This document shows positions 23,871 to 36,840 of a DNA stretch of 64,000 bases, one piece after another. The notes under the pieces were generated by a model. The model was not told where the DNA came from, did not search any database, and saw nothing but the letters and a program-made list of their open reading frames with translations. The position numbers and the translations under genes are program-made. Positions within the stretch are counted from its first letter, which is position 1. Each line of letters opens with the position of its first letter. The stretch comes from Mobula hypostoma (Eukaryota), in the NCBI RefSeq assembly GCF_963921235.1, contig NC_086104.1, positions 153,078,001 through 153,142,000 on the forward strand. The letters run 5' to 3'.

Positions 23871-25720
23871 TTATGTTTATTTACATTGGTTTGACAGCAA
23901 TTTTCTATCTCAATGTTTTGGAGGCTAAGAATCAAATTGTTTAATGATAATGCTGGAAAATTCATTTTGTAACAAACAGAAAATGTGGTTCTTTGTCCAT
24001 TCTGTTCTATTTCATTTATTAAATGGATTAAGATCAGTTTATTTGTCACATGTACATCGAAACATTCGGTGAAAGGCATCGTTTATGTCAAATCAGATCT
24101 ACCAGGTTTGTGCTGCCATGCTTCCGGTGCCAACGTGGCATGCCCACAAGCCTAACCGTATGTCCTTGGAATGTGAGAGGAAACCAGATACCCAGTGGAA
24201 ACCCATGCGTTCACAAAGAGAACATACCAACTACTTACAGACATTAGCCAGAACAAACTTTCCACCTGTGCACTGATCTGGTGAGCACTTAATCATTTCT
24301 TTCCAGATTTCCAGTTAGCGGAGTATTCTATTTTGTGTTTATGGACTATGTCAAAGGTTGCAGATCAATAAATCAAGATGTGTTATGGATAATTGTGCAT
24401 AGTGGAATTGATGCTTCCATGAGGTGGAAACACAATCAGATCAAAGTCACTGCTATTGTAGTCAAAAATGGAGATTAAGTATTAAATGATCTGAGGAGGC
24501 TATTCAATGGATATTCCCATCCTCAAAGATGGTATGCCTAGGCATTTATAATTACCATCAGACTTTAGTGCCAAGACAGTAATCAATCTCAGCCTCTTCC
24601 TAAAGTCTGAAGCACGACTGAAACTAATCATCAGTCACTTTAAAGAATTGCATTCCAGGAGTAACAGTGATGCCCCTTGATATTGTCAAAAGTCATTGAA
24701 TAGTAGATTGGTCTGTAAAGTAAAGCCCATGTTATTAAGAGGAGAGAGGGAAATTGAATCCAAAATTTGTTATATGGCAGGACACAAAGATAACGATTGT
24801 TGAGTGTGATTGTGATTGGAATTTGTGATGTTCACTGTAGGAGTCTACAGGGTTCAGAACACATTGCTTTGCTGTTTACAATATATATGTTTTAAATAGA
24901 TAGGCACGATCAATTAATCTGCACATGATAGAAAAATTGATTTCTGGAGGAAAGGTTTATACAGCAACAGAATGCAGTTGGTCTGGTCAGTTGTTTAGAA
25001 AAGTGATTTCCAGAGAAAAGATTTATACTGCAACAAGATGTAAATGGTCTGGTCATTTGGTCAGAAAAGTGGAAACAGGATTTTAACTATGGAAATAATT
25101 AATCAAGGTTTCTTTGGATCCAAAAGCGTTGTCTACAAGGATGGTGCCAGATTGTTAAGATTTGTAAAAAAAAAGACGGTACTCTGACGGTTGATCATGA
25201 TAAGATAAACAAATCCTTTCAGGAATTTTATACTTCTTTATATCAATCAGAATTTCCTGATGACCCCACTATAATGCACGAATTTTTGAAGACATTGAAT
25301 ATTCCAAAATTACCACCCAATGAACGTTTAGAACTAGATGTACCTATTACGGTAGAAGAAATAAAGAATGCTATATCCACCATGAATTCAGGTAAAGCAC
25401 CTGGTCCAGACAGTTATACAGTAGAATTTTTAAAATCCTTTTCTACTATACTTTCTCCTTGGTTATGTAGAATCTTTAAGGATGCAGTATTTATAGGTAA
25501 ATTACCACAATCTATTTATCGAGCTTCTATTTCCCTAATTCTTATAAAAGATAGGGATCCTACTGAATGTGCATCTTATTGGCCTATATCTTTGCTGAAT
25601 GTGGATTCTAAGATTTTTTTCTAAAATATTGGCAACGAGACTGGAGAATGTATTGCCTCAAATTATTTCTGTTGATCAGACTGGATTTATTAAAAATCGT
25701 TACTCCTTTAAGATTAGGAG

Positions 25721-26373
25721 AGGAGAAGATTGCGGCGCGACACAGCAAGCGTGGCCACTCCGAAGTGATATCGTATTTGTCAGTAGGTACCATGCACATT
25801 CCTGATTTGATGGAGACGGATCTGAGAAGCACGGAGGAACATCTGGAGAAGCTGCTGAAATGCCTGCTTCACTGCCGCTGCTATTGTGTGATCGAGAATC
25901 TCCGGAGGGGAAGGCCCCAAATCCTCGGCTTTGCCTATTGCCTGTTGCCGGGGCCGGGGTCGAAGTCGAAGTGCTCAGCAGAGATGGTGCTTGGTGTTCG
26001 AGGGCTGGTCGGAGGCTCGAAGTTTTCGGACGGACTCAAGAGTCGGCTGTGGTCGGGTACTTCCAGGGTGCTGCATCGGCAAGTTTGCGGCGCTGGAAGC
26101 TCATGGAAGGGAGAGTTTTTCTTCCTTCTACCATCTGCGTAAGATGATGGGACTTTCGAGAGACTTTGAGACATTTTTTTTACCGTGCTCATGGTCTGTT
26201 CTTTATCAAATTATGGTATTGCTTTGCATCGTTGTAACTGTATGTTATAATTATGTGGTTTTTGTCAGTTTTTCAGTCTTGGTTTGTCTTGTGTTTCTGT
26301 GATATCATTCTGGAGGAACATTGTAAATGACAGTCAAAGAGGACTGCGTGTCCTCTTAATCTAATCTAATCTA
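25721..26373 (+). mobile_element. About 650-bp non-autonomous retroelement nested in the L1; second copy at 52651-53331
   Basis: Interrupts ORF2 between ...IRR and LMNIAY; starts aggagaagat(t/g)gcggc and ends in (TAATC)n. Confidence 0.8.
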
Positions 26374-28489
26374 ATGAATATTGCTTATACTTCTTCACCT
26401 AGAACTCCAGAATGCGTCATTTCATTGGATGCTGAGAAAGCTTTTGATAGAATCGAATGGACATATTTGTTTAATACGCTTGAGAAATTTAATTTTAGTC
26501 CGATATTTATATCTTGGATTAAATTGATATACCTTACTCCTTTGGCTCCGATACTTACCAATAATCAGAGATCTCCCTTTTTTCAGTTATTCCGTGGTAC
26601 TAGGCGGGGTTGCCCTCAGTCCATTATTATTCGACATTGCCCTGGAACCGTTAGCTATTGCTATTTGTGACTCACCTAATACATTTGGTATTACCCGTGG
26701 GAATGAGATACATAAATTATCACTATATGCAGATGATTTACTATTATATATTTCTAACCCTGAGAAATCCATTCTGGCAGTATTATCTCTGTTTACTCAG
26801 TTTAGTAGTTTTTCTGGATACAAATTGAATCTTAGTAAGAGTGAACTTTTTCCATTAAATATGCAAGTTCCCATTTGTAGCTGTTCACCGTTTAGATTGA
26901 TTACTGACTATTTTACTTATTTGGGGGTTAAAATTGCTAAGAGGCATAAGGATTTATTTAAGCTCAATTTTTTACTGTTAATTAGTCAGGTTAAACAATT
27001 GCTTACTAAGTGGTCCCCATTGTCTCTATCACTGATTAGCCGAATCAATGCTATTAAAATGATTATTCTACCTAAATTTCTATATCTATTTCAAGCAGTA
27101 CCAATTTTTATTCCTAAATCCTTTTTTGATACTATTGATTCTAAAACGTCCTCTTATATATGGCAGAATAAGAATCTCAGGTTAAGTAAAAAATATTTAC
27201 AGAAGTCCAAGAAAGATGGTGGTTTAGCATTGCCGAATTTAAGATTCTATTACTGGGCAATTAATATTCGATATTTAATATTTTGGACGCAAGATTGGGA
27301 TATAATTCTAAGTCCACATTGGGTAAACCTTGAAGGTTACTCTGTACGAGGGTTTTCATTGGATTCTATTTTAGGAACTTCACTTCCCTTTGTGCTTTCT
27401 AAATTGAATAAGCAAATGGTTAATCCAATAATTAAACGCACATAATGAATATGGTTCGACTGCCGTAAATTTTTTGGTTTGAACAAATTTATATCATCAA
27501 GCCCTATTATATCTAATTTTTTTTCCAACCCTCTGTTATGGATCAAGCCTTTTTGATATGGAAAAGGAAGGGTATAAACATGTTTCCGTGATTTATTTTT
27601 GAATAACTGTTTCATGTCTTTTGAACAGTTGTCTAATAAATATAACTTGTCCAGATCCCATTTTTTTAGATATTTACAAATAAGGAACTTTTTAAATATC
27701 ACGCTACCTACCTTTCCAATTTCATACTCAGCTGATATCACAGAAAAAATTTTAGGTTTAAATCCTTATCAGAAGGGATTAATAGCAGCTATTTATGATA
27801 TAATTATGAAAATACAGCCTGGTATATCTGATAAAATTAAAAATGAATGGGAAAGGGAACTTCAACTTCACTTACCTGTAGAGAAATGGGAAAACATTTT
27901 TCAATTAGTTAGCTCTTCCTCTATATGTGCTAAACATACACTGATACAATTTAAGGTAATGCATAGGGCCCACATGTCTAAAGATAAGCTAGTTCGTGTT
28001 TATTCCCATATAAATCCTATTTGTGACAGATGTCACTCTGAAGTGGCTTCTTTGACTCTTAGCCCTCTTTTGGAAAAATGTTGGAAAGATATTTTTGATA
28101 CTATTTCAACAGTTTTGCATTTTGATTTACAACCCCATCCTATTACGGCAATTTTTGGTTTGCCAATGACGGAACATAGACCTTCATCCTCTTCAGCCTG
28201 TCGGATGATCGCATTTGTTACATTAATGGCCAGAAGATCTATTTTATTGAATTGGAAAGAGACCAATCCCCCTACTACATTTCAATGGTTTTCCCAAACT
28301 ATATCATGTTTAAATTTAGAAAAAATCAGAAGTGTCATTTTTGATCCTTCGGTTAAATTTGAAGAGACTTGGAAGTCATTTATTCAACATCTTCATATGA
28401 TGTAGTTTGACCTTTTCCGCATCCGTTTTATTAACTTAGAATATATGAATAGAGGAGTGGAGTTGACGACATTAATGAATTAATTCGAT

Positions 28490-28828
28490 CTAATAAGATA
28501 ATAAGAGAAATAGATAGAGTGGATAGCCAGCGCCTCTTCCCCAGGGCACCACTGCTCAATACGAGAGGACATGGCTTTAAGGTAAGGGGTGGGAAGTTCA
28601 AGGGGGATATTAGAGGAAGGTTTTTTACTCAGAGAGTGGTTGATGCGTGGAATGCACTGCCTGAGTCAGTGGTGGAGGCAGATACACTAGTGAAGTTTAA
28701 GAGACTACTAGACAGGTATATGGAGGAATCTAAGGTGGGGGCTTATATGGGAGGCAGGGTTTGAGGGTCGGCATAACATTGTGGGCCGAAGGGCCTGTAC
28801 TGTGCTGTACTATTCTATATGTTCTATG
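28490..28828 (+). mobile_element. CR1 3' fragment nested in the L1 3'UTR
   Basis: TRGHGFKV...FFTQRVVDAWNALP; ttctatg-type tail. Confidence 0.85.
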
Positions 28829-31619
28829 TAATATATTGATTCAGCCTTGTTTTGTTCTGTTTGGAGTTTTTTTTGGGTCTAGTAATTTATTTTTTTTCTT
28901 CGCTTTTTTTGTTGTTTTGGAATTTTTCTTTGTGATATCCTTTTCTTTTTATTTCTTTTTTCTTCATGATTAATTATATCAAGAGTTTGGAAGTCTATTA
29001 CACTTGTATTATTTGTAGTTTCTTTTATATATGTTTATTACCAATAATGTAACTCCAATCTCTTTGTATCACTATTGTTATTATGTTTATGAACTTGAAA
29101 ACTAATAAAAAGATTTAAAAAAGAAAGAAAGTAGAAGGATGGTGGAAGTAGATTCAATAACAGGACTTATTTTCAATGGAAAATTTGGTAAAATCTTGAA
29201 AGAAAATATGCAAATATGCATGCATGTTATGGTGAAAGAACAGTCAAATGTGACTACTGTAATGTTCTTTCAGATGGGTGGAACCTCAAATGATGTCATA
29301 TAATTCTTTTTCCTTCCCTTCCCTATAGTCTTACTCTGAAGACAAAACAAGAAAAGAATTGACGCACTGGTTAACAGAGGGTAGAACTGAACTGTTGGGT
29401 CAAATATGTTAACACATAATATTCCCTCAGGTGCACATTCACGTTTTCAAAACCTGGAAAGGTATCCTACTTTCTAACAGATGGGATTCCATCTTAATAA
29501 ACACAAGCAAAAGTCCGCACCCATTTATTCTTTCAAAGTCATTTAACACATAGGGGCTGGTACCAATCATCAGCTTTGGACTTAGTCCCAGAACTTGCAT
29601 GCCAAGGTTTCATCAGAGATGTTTTTGTGTGAGACAAAAGTGAGCAATGTAAGCCAATCTCATCATGAGGGAAAGTTTCAGAAAATTGTAACTTGACAGC
29701 TCACTGAGGTCTCAGTCTAAAATGTCGACTGTACTCATTTCCATAGATGCTGCCTGGCCTGCTGAGTTCCTCCAGCATTTTGTGTGTGTTGCTTGGTTTT
29801 CCAGCATCTGCAGATTTTCTCTTGTTTGTTACTAAGGTCAGTGACTGCAGTTACTTGAAACATTCCCAGTTGTCAATGCAAACCAGAATACCTGTGGTCA
29901 GTTGTACTCTATATACAGGACAATGCTGAGACTGAGGTTGACAAGGCAATGAAATAAAACAGAGGCACTGGCATACAGTGATTCTTACAGTTTCCTTCCC
30001 AATTTACAGAGACTCAGATTAAGTAGATGCTGACGTACTCCACTTCACTGATGCCATCCGATTCCTAAATGGACATTGAACCCTTGGACACTACCTCACT
30101 TTTTTTTAATATACAGTATTTCTGTTTTTATCACATTTTTAATATCTATTCAATACATGTAACTGATTTACTTGTTTATTTATTATTATTTATTTGTTTT
30201 ATTATTTTTTTCTCTTTCTGCTAGATTATGTATTGCATTGAACTGCTGCTGCTAAGTTAACAAATTTCAAGTCACATGCCGGTGATAATAAACCTGATTC
30301 TGATTCTGACATCGTACAGGTGCTTGAGCATGTGTTGCTGGGTTGAGATTTGTGCTAGCTGCATGTTTGTAGAGTTACCCCTAACCTTGCCAATCTTTCT
30401 TCAGTGTTCATTTTGTGAGAGAGAGGGTGACCATTCAGCCTATTTCGTGAATGCTAGCTTTTCTTGGTTCCATTGTCCCCCATTTTCCTGTAATCTATTC
30501 TCTGTTCTGTTCCTTGCCATCAATTCCTTTCAATTCTCCTGGGTAACATGACCAATTAACCTGCATGTCTTTGGGATATGGAGGAATATGGAGCATAGTC
30601 ATTAAAACATGTAACTACTCAAATCGATAACAATTTAGTTTTACTGGGTAGCTAATTTATTTGGAGTTATAACTGAGCTACTCATTGGGTCAAAGTTAAC
30701 CGAGGTAAAAACTGGACTATGACAAATTGTTCATCTACACATCAGCGCAGGACAGAACAACTTTTCGGACTCCCATTCCCACTCATCATCCAGTTACCTG
30801 CAGACATTCATTATTTTTCTGAGCTTTACATGCCTATCCCTGTTCGAGTAGATTGATAAAACCACAATGGAAACTCAAAGCCTCAGCTCAGAGGCAGCAT
30901 GTCCAGGGAGGTAGGGAAGGGTGAAAAAGGAAATGAAGAGAATTCCACTTCCTGTGAAGTGTTCTCCCTGTTCACCATAACAGCTTCAAGATTTAGATAC
31001 TTCTGCCAATTTTCTCTTATTTTAAATGCAGCAGAAAAGAGGGGTGTAAGGTTTACCTACCTTCATCTGATGGCTGCTGCATGAACATGGCTAGGTACTA
31101 GAGGGACTCGGATAAATCAGGCATTTGTATTCTTCATCCCTCACTCACTGACACTCACTCTTCATGAATCTGTAAGAAGTGGGCACCATCTTCATCACTG
31201 GTGTAGTTGATGCCTTCTGTTAGCACAAATCAGAATGAATTATTTATCATGGTAAAGTACAGTTTAAACAGGAATAAAATATTGGACTGTAATGTTTCTT
31301 TAATATTCTCCTATAGTGTCCTTTAATATTCTTATGTGCAAAGGATGGTCATAAGAGCTGTCTGTGAGTTTCTAATGTTTCTGTACTGACAAACAGCCTC
31401 CATACTTATTTAACGTGCACTGGACTCCATATGCTCCTCTCTCCTGGGTGTGCCACTGTGTAAATTTTATGATTGCGCAGTCGTTTGGTGAACTTTCCTC
31501 TCACTTCCTCCATTTGCAGATCTTTCCAAAGATTACACTGGTGACATGGAAATTTGTAAGTTTGAAAATCCGAATTATTTCACTGATAAGAGAAAATCTA
31601 TAGATACTGGAAATCAAAG

Positions 31620-33180
31620 TAAGAACATAAGAAATAGGAGCAGGAGTAGGCCATCCGGCCCATCAAGCCTGTCCCACCATTCAGTAAGATCATGGCTGAT
31701 CTGTCTGTAAACTCAGTTCCAGCTACCTGCGTTTTCTCCATAACCCTTAATTCCCTGACTATGTAAAAACCTATCGAACTGTATCTTAAATATTTTTAGT
31801 GAAGAAGCCTCAACTGCTTCCCTGGGCAGAGACTTCCACAGATTCACCACTCTCTGGGAAAAACAATTTCTCTCTCATCTCTGTCCTAAATCTTCTCCCC
31901 TGAATCCTGAGGCAATGTCCCCTAGTTCTAGTCTCACCTACCAATGGAAACAACTTTCCAACTTCTACCTTATCTATTCCTTTCAAAATTTTGTATGTTT
32001 CGATAAGATCCCCTCTCTTTCTTCTGAATTCCATAGAGTATAATCCCATATGACTCAATCTCTCCTCATAGGTTAAACCCTTCATCCCTGGAATCAACCT
32101 GGTGAACCTTTTCTGCACTGTCTCCAAAGCCAGTATATCCCTCCTCAAGTATGGAGACCAGAACTGCACACTGTACTCCAGGCGCAGCCTCACCAGTACC
32201 CTGTATAGTTGCAGCATGACCTCCCTGCTCTTGAATTCAATCCCTGTAGCAGTGAAGGCCAACATTGCGTTTGCCTTCTTAATAACCTGTTATACCTGCA
32301 AGCCAACTTCTTGTGATTCATGAACAAGCACTTTCAAGTCCCTCTGCACAACAGCATGCTGCAATCTTTCACCATTTAAATAATAATCTGCTCTTTTATT
32401 ATTCCTTCCAAAGTGGATGATCTCGCATTTACCAACGTTGTATTCCATCTGCCAGACCTTGGCCCACTCACTTAACCTATCTATATCTCTCTGCAAACTC
32501 TCCACATCCTCTGTACAATTTGCTTTTCTACTCAGTTTGGTGTCATCAGCAAATTTTGCTATGCTACACTCAGTCCCCTCTTACAAACAGCTGTGGGTCC
32601 AGCACCGACGCCTGCAGCACCCCACTCAGCAAGCTTCAGTTATTTCTTGGTTAATCGCCTCTGCCACTGCAATATTTTTATTAGACGGCCTATAGACAAC
32701 ACCCACCAGTGATTTTTTTCCCTTTACTATTCTTAATCTGTACCCAGATGGACTCAACATTCTGCTCTGTAGATCTTATATCGTCTCTCACAATTGCCCT
32801 GATCTCATCCCTAATCAAGAGCACCACCCCACCTCCTCTGCCTTCCTACCTGTCTTTCTGTATTACCTGATACCCTTGGATATTTAATTCCCAGTCATCT
32901 CCACCTTGCAACCACGTTCCTGTAATGGACACTAAATCATATGCATTGGTACCGATCTGTGCCACAAGTTCACTAACCTTGTTTCTAATACTACGGGTAT
33001 TTAGATAAAGTGCCCTTATACCCATTGTCCTTTTAGAATCTAGTGACCTATGTGATTTTTGCTTTTTACTTTTATGCACTCTACTCTTTTTTTCTTCACT
33101 ATCTCTAGCTTTGGTCTCTGCATCACTTCCCTCTTCTTTTCTGTGTGAGTTCCCATCCCCCTACCATATTAGTTTAAAGC
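31620..33180 (-). mobile_element. CR1 LINE, internally deleted (endonuclease start plus RT 3' part)
   Basis: LYLNTRSIRNKV, WQMEYNVGKC, LVRLRLEYSVQFWSP, RTRGH. Confidence 0.88.
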
Positions 33181-33199
33181 CTCCCCAACAGCACAAGCA

Positions 33200-34755
33200 G
33201 ACATAAAATGCTGGGAGATCTCAGCAGAGCAGGCAGGATCTATGGAGAAGAGTACAGTCGATGTTTCGGGCTGAAACCCTTTGCCAGGACTCGAGAAAAA
33301 AAACCGAGGAGTAGATTTAAAAGGTGAGGCGGGGGAGAAAGACAAGGTGATAGGTGAAACCTGGATGGGGAGGGATGAAGTAAAGAGCTGGGAAGTTGAT
33401 TGGTGAAAGAGACACAAGGCCATGGAAGAAAGAAAAGGGCAGCGGAGCACCAGAGGGAGGTGATAGGCAGGTAAGCAGATAAGGTGAGAGAGAGAAAAGG
33501 AGATGGGAAACGGTGAAGGAGACGGGGGGGGGGGGCTCATTACTGGAAGTTCGAGAAATTGTTATTCATACCATCAGGTTGGAGGCTGCCGAAACAGAAT
33601 ATAAGGTGTTGTCCTCCAACCTGGTGTGGCCTCATCACGACAGTGGAGGAGGCCATGGATAGACATATTGGAATGGGAATGGGAAGTGGGATTAGAGTGG
33701 GTGGCACTGGAAGATCCCGCTTTTTCTGGTGGACAATGCGAAGGTACTCAGTGAAGCAGTCTCACTGGTATACAAGAGGCCACATTGGAAGCATCGGACA
33801 CAATATATGACTCCAGCAGACTCACAGTTGAAGTGTCACCTCACATGGAAGGACTGTTAGAACCTTGTTTGGTAGTGAGGGAGGAGGTGTGGGGGGAGGT
33901 GTAGCTCTTGTTCCACTTGCAAGGATAAGTGCAAGGAGGGAGATCGGTGGGGAGGGATGAATGGTCAAGGGAGTCATGTAGGGAGCAATCCCTGTGGAAA
34001 GCAGACAGTTGGGGAAGAGGGGTAGATGTGTTTGGTGGTGGGATCCAGTTGGAGGTGGTAGAAGTTTTGGAGAATTATGTAGTGGACACAGAGGATGGTG
34101 CATGGTAGGTGAGGACAAGAAGAACCCTATCCCTGGTAGGGTGGTGGGAGTATGGGGTAAGAGCAAAACCTGTGTGAAATAGAAGAGATGCAGTTGAGGA
34201 CAGTGTTGATGGTACGGGAAGGAAACCCCCTTTCTTTGAAAAAGGAGGAGATCTCCTTCGTTCTAGACTGAAAAGCCTCACCCTGAGAGCAGATGTGTTG
34301 TAGACAGAGGAATAGAAAGAAGGAGATGGCGTTTTTACAAGTAATACGGTGGGAAGATGTACAGTCCAGATAGCTGTGAGAGTCCGTGGGTTTATAATAG
34401 ACATCAGTGGATAAGCTGTCTCCAGAGACAGAGACAGTGAGATCGAGAAAAGGGAGGGAGGTTTCAGAAATGGACCAGTTAAGTTTGAGGGTAGGGTGGA
34501 AGTTAAAGGCAATGTGGATGAAATCAATGAGTTCAACATGGGTGCAAGGAGCAGCATCAGTGCAGTTGTCGATGTAGCGTAGGAAAAGTGCGGGACGGTC
34601 ACCAGTGCAGGCTTGGAACATAGACTGCTCTACGTAGCCGACAAACAGACAGACATAGCTAAGACCCTTGTGAATGTCCATGGCTACACCTTTTGTTTGA
34701 AGGAAGTGGGAGGAGCCAAAGGACAAATTATTTAGAGTGAGGATCAATTTCACGG
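33200..34755 (-). mobile_element. Penelope-like element, degenerate RT plus GIY-YIG region
   Basis: LNNLSFGSSHFLQTKGVAM, FLRYIDN, LPFLDL, YYKPTDSHSYL; PLE terminus at about 33200-33300. Confidence 0.88.
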
Positions 34756-35339
34756 ATGTTATGTTGTAAAAGAATTAAAAATAAAATTCCCCTCTTTACA
34801 CTTGTTGACAATGTCTTGACAGCAATTTGATATTTTGGTGATTTTGAAACTGAGAATCACTTTGTTTTGGAGACAGTAACCAGAAGATTCATCTTGTTAT
34901 ATACCAGATATACTGTTTTTCTCTCATTCCAGCAAGTTCTATTTCATTTTTCTTCCAGGACAAGATCTTCCATAGATGCAACTGATCCAATGAGCGTTTG
35001 CAATATTTCTTTCCAGAGCACCAGTTGCTGGAGTACTTTCCTTTGTGTTTCCAGACCATCTCAAATCCAGTAGCTGAATGTCAATAAATCAAGCTGTATT
35101 TTGTCTCAAGTAGAATTGAATCCTCATTACGTAGATGGACAATCAGATCAAGGTTACTGCAGTTACCTGTTATCATTGGTCTTTGCTGAACAGTTGTTCG
35201 GATGGAACAGTGCTCTGAATTCTTCAGCACTTTACAAAGTTCTGAAAATTTTCAGCCAGATTGTGGAGAGAGCAGATGATACAAAGTAAAACCTTGATTG
35301 TAAATGGAAAGCAGTTTTCCCTCAGAATTTACATGAATG

Positions 35340-36840
35340 TGTGTGTGCCTTCAAGAACATACCAAGTCCTCCCAAACTAGAAGTCCTGGATGAACCAAGA
35401 GATTTACAGTCTGCTGAATGCTAATCTGTGGCATTCAAGACTGACAATCCAGAACCCTACAAGAAGTACTTGTACAACCTAGAAAAGAGATTGTGAGAGC
35501 AAAAGGCATTTCTGTGTAAAGTTGGAGATACAATCGGATGTACAACAGCTGTGGCTGGATGAGCTCAACACTTTTATACACATTTTGTCAGAGAGAATAA
35601 GACCATATCTGTGGAAATCCCCAGGTCATCTGGCAACTCTGTGATTCGTGTCTCAGAAGCCAAAATTAGAACTTCCTTCAAAAGGGTGTACCCTCCTTGC
35701 AAGACATTAGGTCCTGATTGTGTACCTAACAGGGTACTGAAAATTTGTGCCAGCCAGCTGGCTGGAATGTTCAAGGACATCTTCAACCTCTCACTGCCAC
35801 AGTCAGAGGTTCCCATCTGCTCCAAAAGGCATCAGTCATACTGACGCACAAGGTTCAAAGTAAGTTTATTGTCAAAGTACATATATGTTACTATATACAA
35901 CCATGAGATTCATTTTCTTATGGGCATTCACAGTAAATACAAAGAAACACTACTGAATCAATGAAAAACCGCAAACAACAAGATGAAGAGTCCTTGAAAA
36001 TGAGTCCATAGAGTGAGAGAACAATATTAAGTGGACTGAAGTCGAGTGATGTTATTCCCTCTAGTTCGAGAGCCTGATGGTTGAGGGGTAATAACTGTTC
36101 CTAAACCCGGTGGTGTGAATCCTGAGGCTCCTGTACCTCTTTCCTGAAGGCAGCAGTGAGAAGAGGGCATAGCCTGAATGGTGGGGTCCTTGCTGATGGA
36201 TGCTGCTTTCCTGTGACAGCACTTCATTTAGATGCGCTCAGTGTCCGGGTGGGCTTTATCCGTGATCTGTGATAGACTGAGCTGTATCTTAAACTTTTTG
36301 TAGGCTTTTCTATTGAAGGGTATTGGTATTTCCATCCCAAGCCGTGATGCAACCAGTCAGTATAATCTCCACCTCAATTTACAGAAGTTTGTCATAATGT
36401 TAGATGACATGTTGAATCATCAAAAACTTTTTAGAAAGTAGAGGCGTTGCTGTGCTTCCTTTCTAATGGCGCTTGCGTGCTGGACCCAGGACGGATCCTC
36501 TGAAATGATAACGCTGAAGAATTTGAAGTTTCTGATTCTCTCCACCTCTGATGCCCCAATGACAACTGGCTCAAGGACCTCCAGTTACTTCCTTCTGCGG
36601 TCAATAATTAGCTCCTTGGTCTTACTGACATTGAGTGAGAGGTGGTTGTTGTTGTGGTACCACTCAGCCAGATTTTCAATCTCTCTCCTACAGTATATGC
36701 TAATTCGTCACCATCTTTTATTCTGTTAACAATGGAGATGTTGTCAGCAAACTTGCATTGGAGCTGTGCTTAGCCTCAAAGTTGTAAGTGTAAAGTGACT
36801 AGTGCAGCAGGCTAAGCACACAGCCTTGTGGTGCACCAAT
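35340..36840. mobile_element. Degenerate Rex/L2-group LINE fragments (+ at about 35340-35845, - at about 35850-36840)
   Basis: GPDCVPNRVLKICASQLAGMFKDIFNLSL on plus; SKTKELIIDL..FKFF-type segment on minus. Confidence 0.7.

Larger units (their letters stand above)
25147..29131 (+). mobile_element. L1-clade LINE, 5'-truncated ORF2 plus 3'UTR, 13-bp TSD, with two nested insertions
   Basis: GKAPGPD, PISLLNVDSKI, SLDAEKAFDRIEW, LSLYADDLLLY, GGLALPN, CDRC; AATAAA plus A-rich tail. TSD ta(c/g)aaggatggtg at 25134-25146 and 29132-29144. Confidence 0.93.
17585..29920. repeat. Segmental duplication unit A (IL1B copy A plus flanks), paralogous to about 37381-44703
   Basis: Collinear homology from 17585/37381 (ttattgttctcta...) to 29920/44703 (...tatatacagg). 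Confidence 0.85.
30313..35165 (-). pseudogene. Third, internally deleted IL-1beta copy: pseudo-exon 4 at 31061-31216, intron remnants, promoter at 31350-31590, upstream flank resuming at about 34760 after TE insertions
   Basis: The pseudo-exon keeps AG/GT but has frameshifts and in-frame TGA/TAG (VPTSYRFMKSECQ*VRDEEYKCL...MFMQQPSDE). 30313-31060 matches introns 5 and 4. 34760-35165 matches 23840-24450. Confidence 0.85.

Noticed and set aside
24939-25070. 66-bp tandem duplication upstream of copy A (single in B), and a 31-bp x2 repeat in intron 3 of both copies
   Set aside because: Real but ordinary local slippage, with no motif suggesting function.
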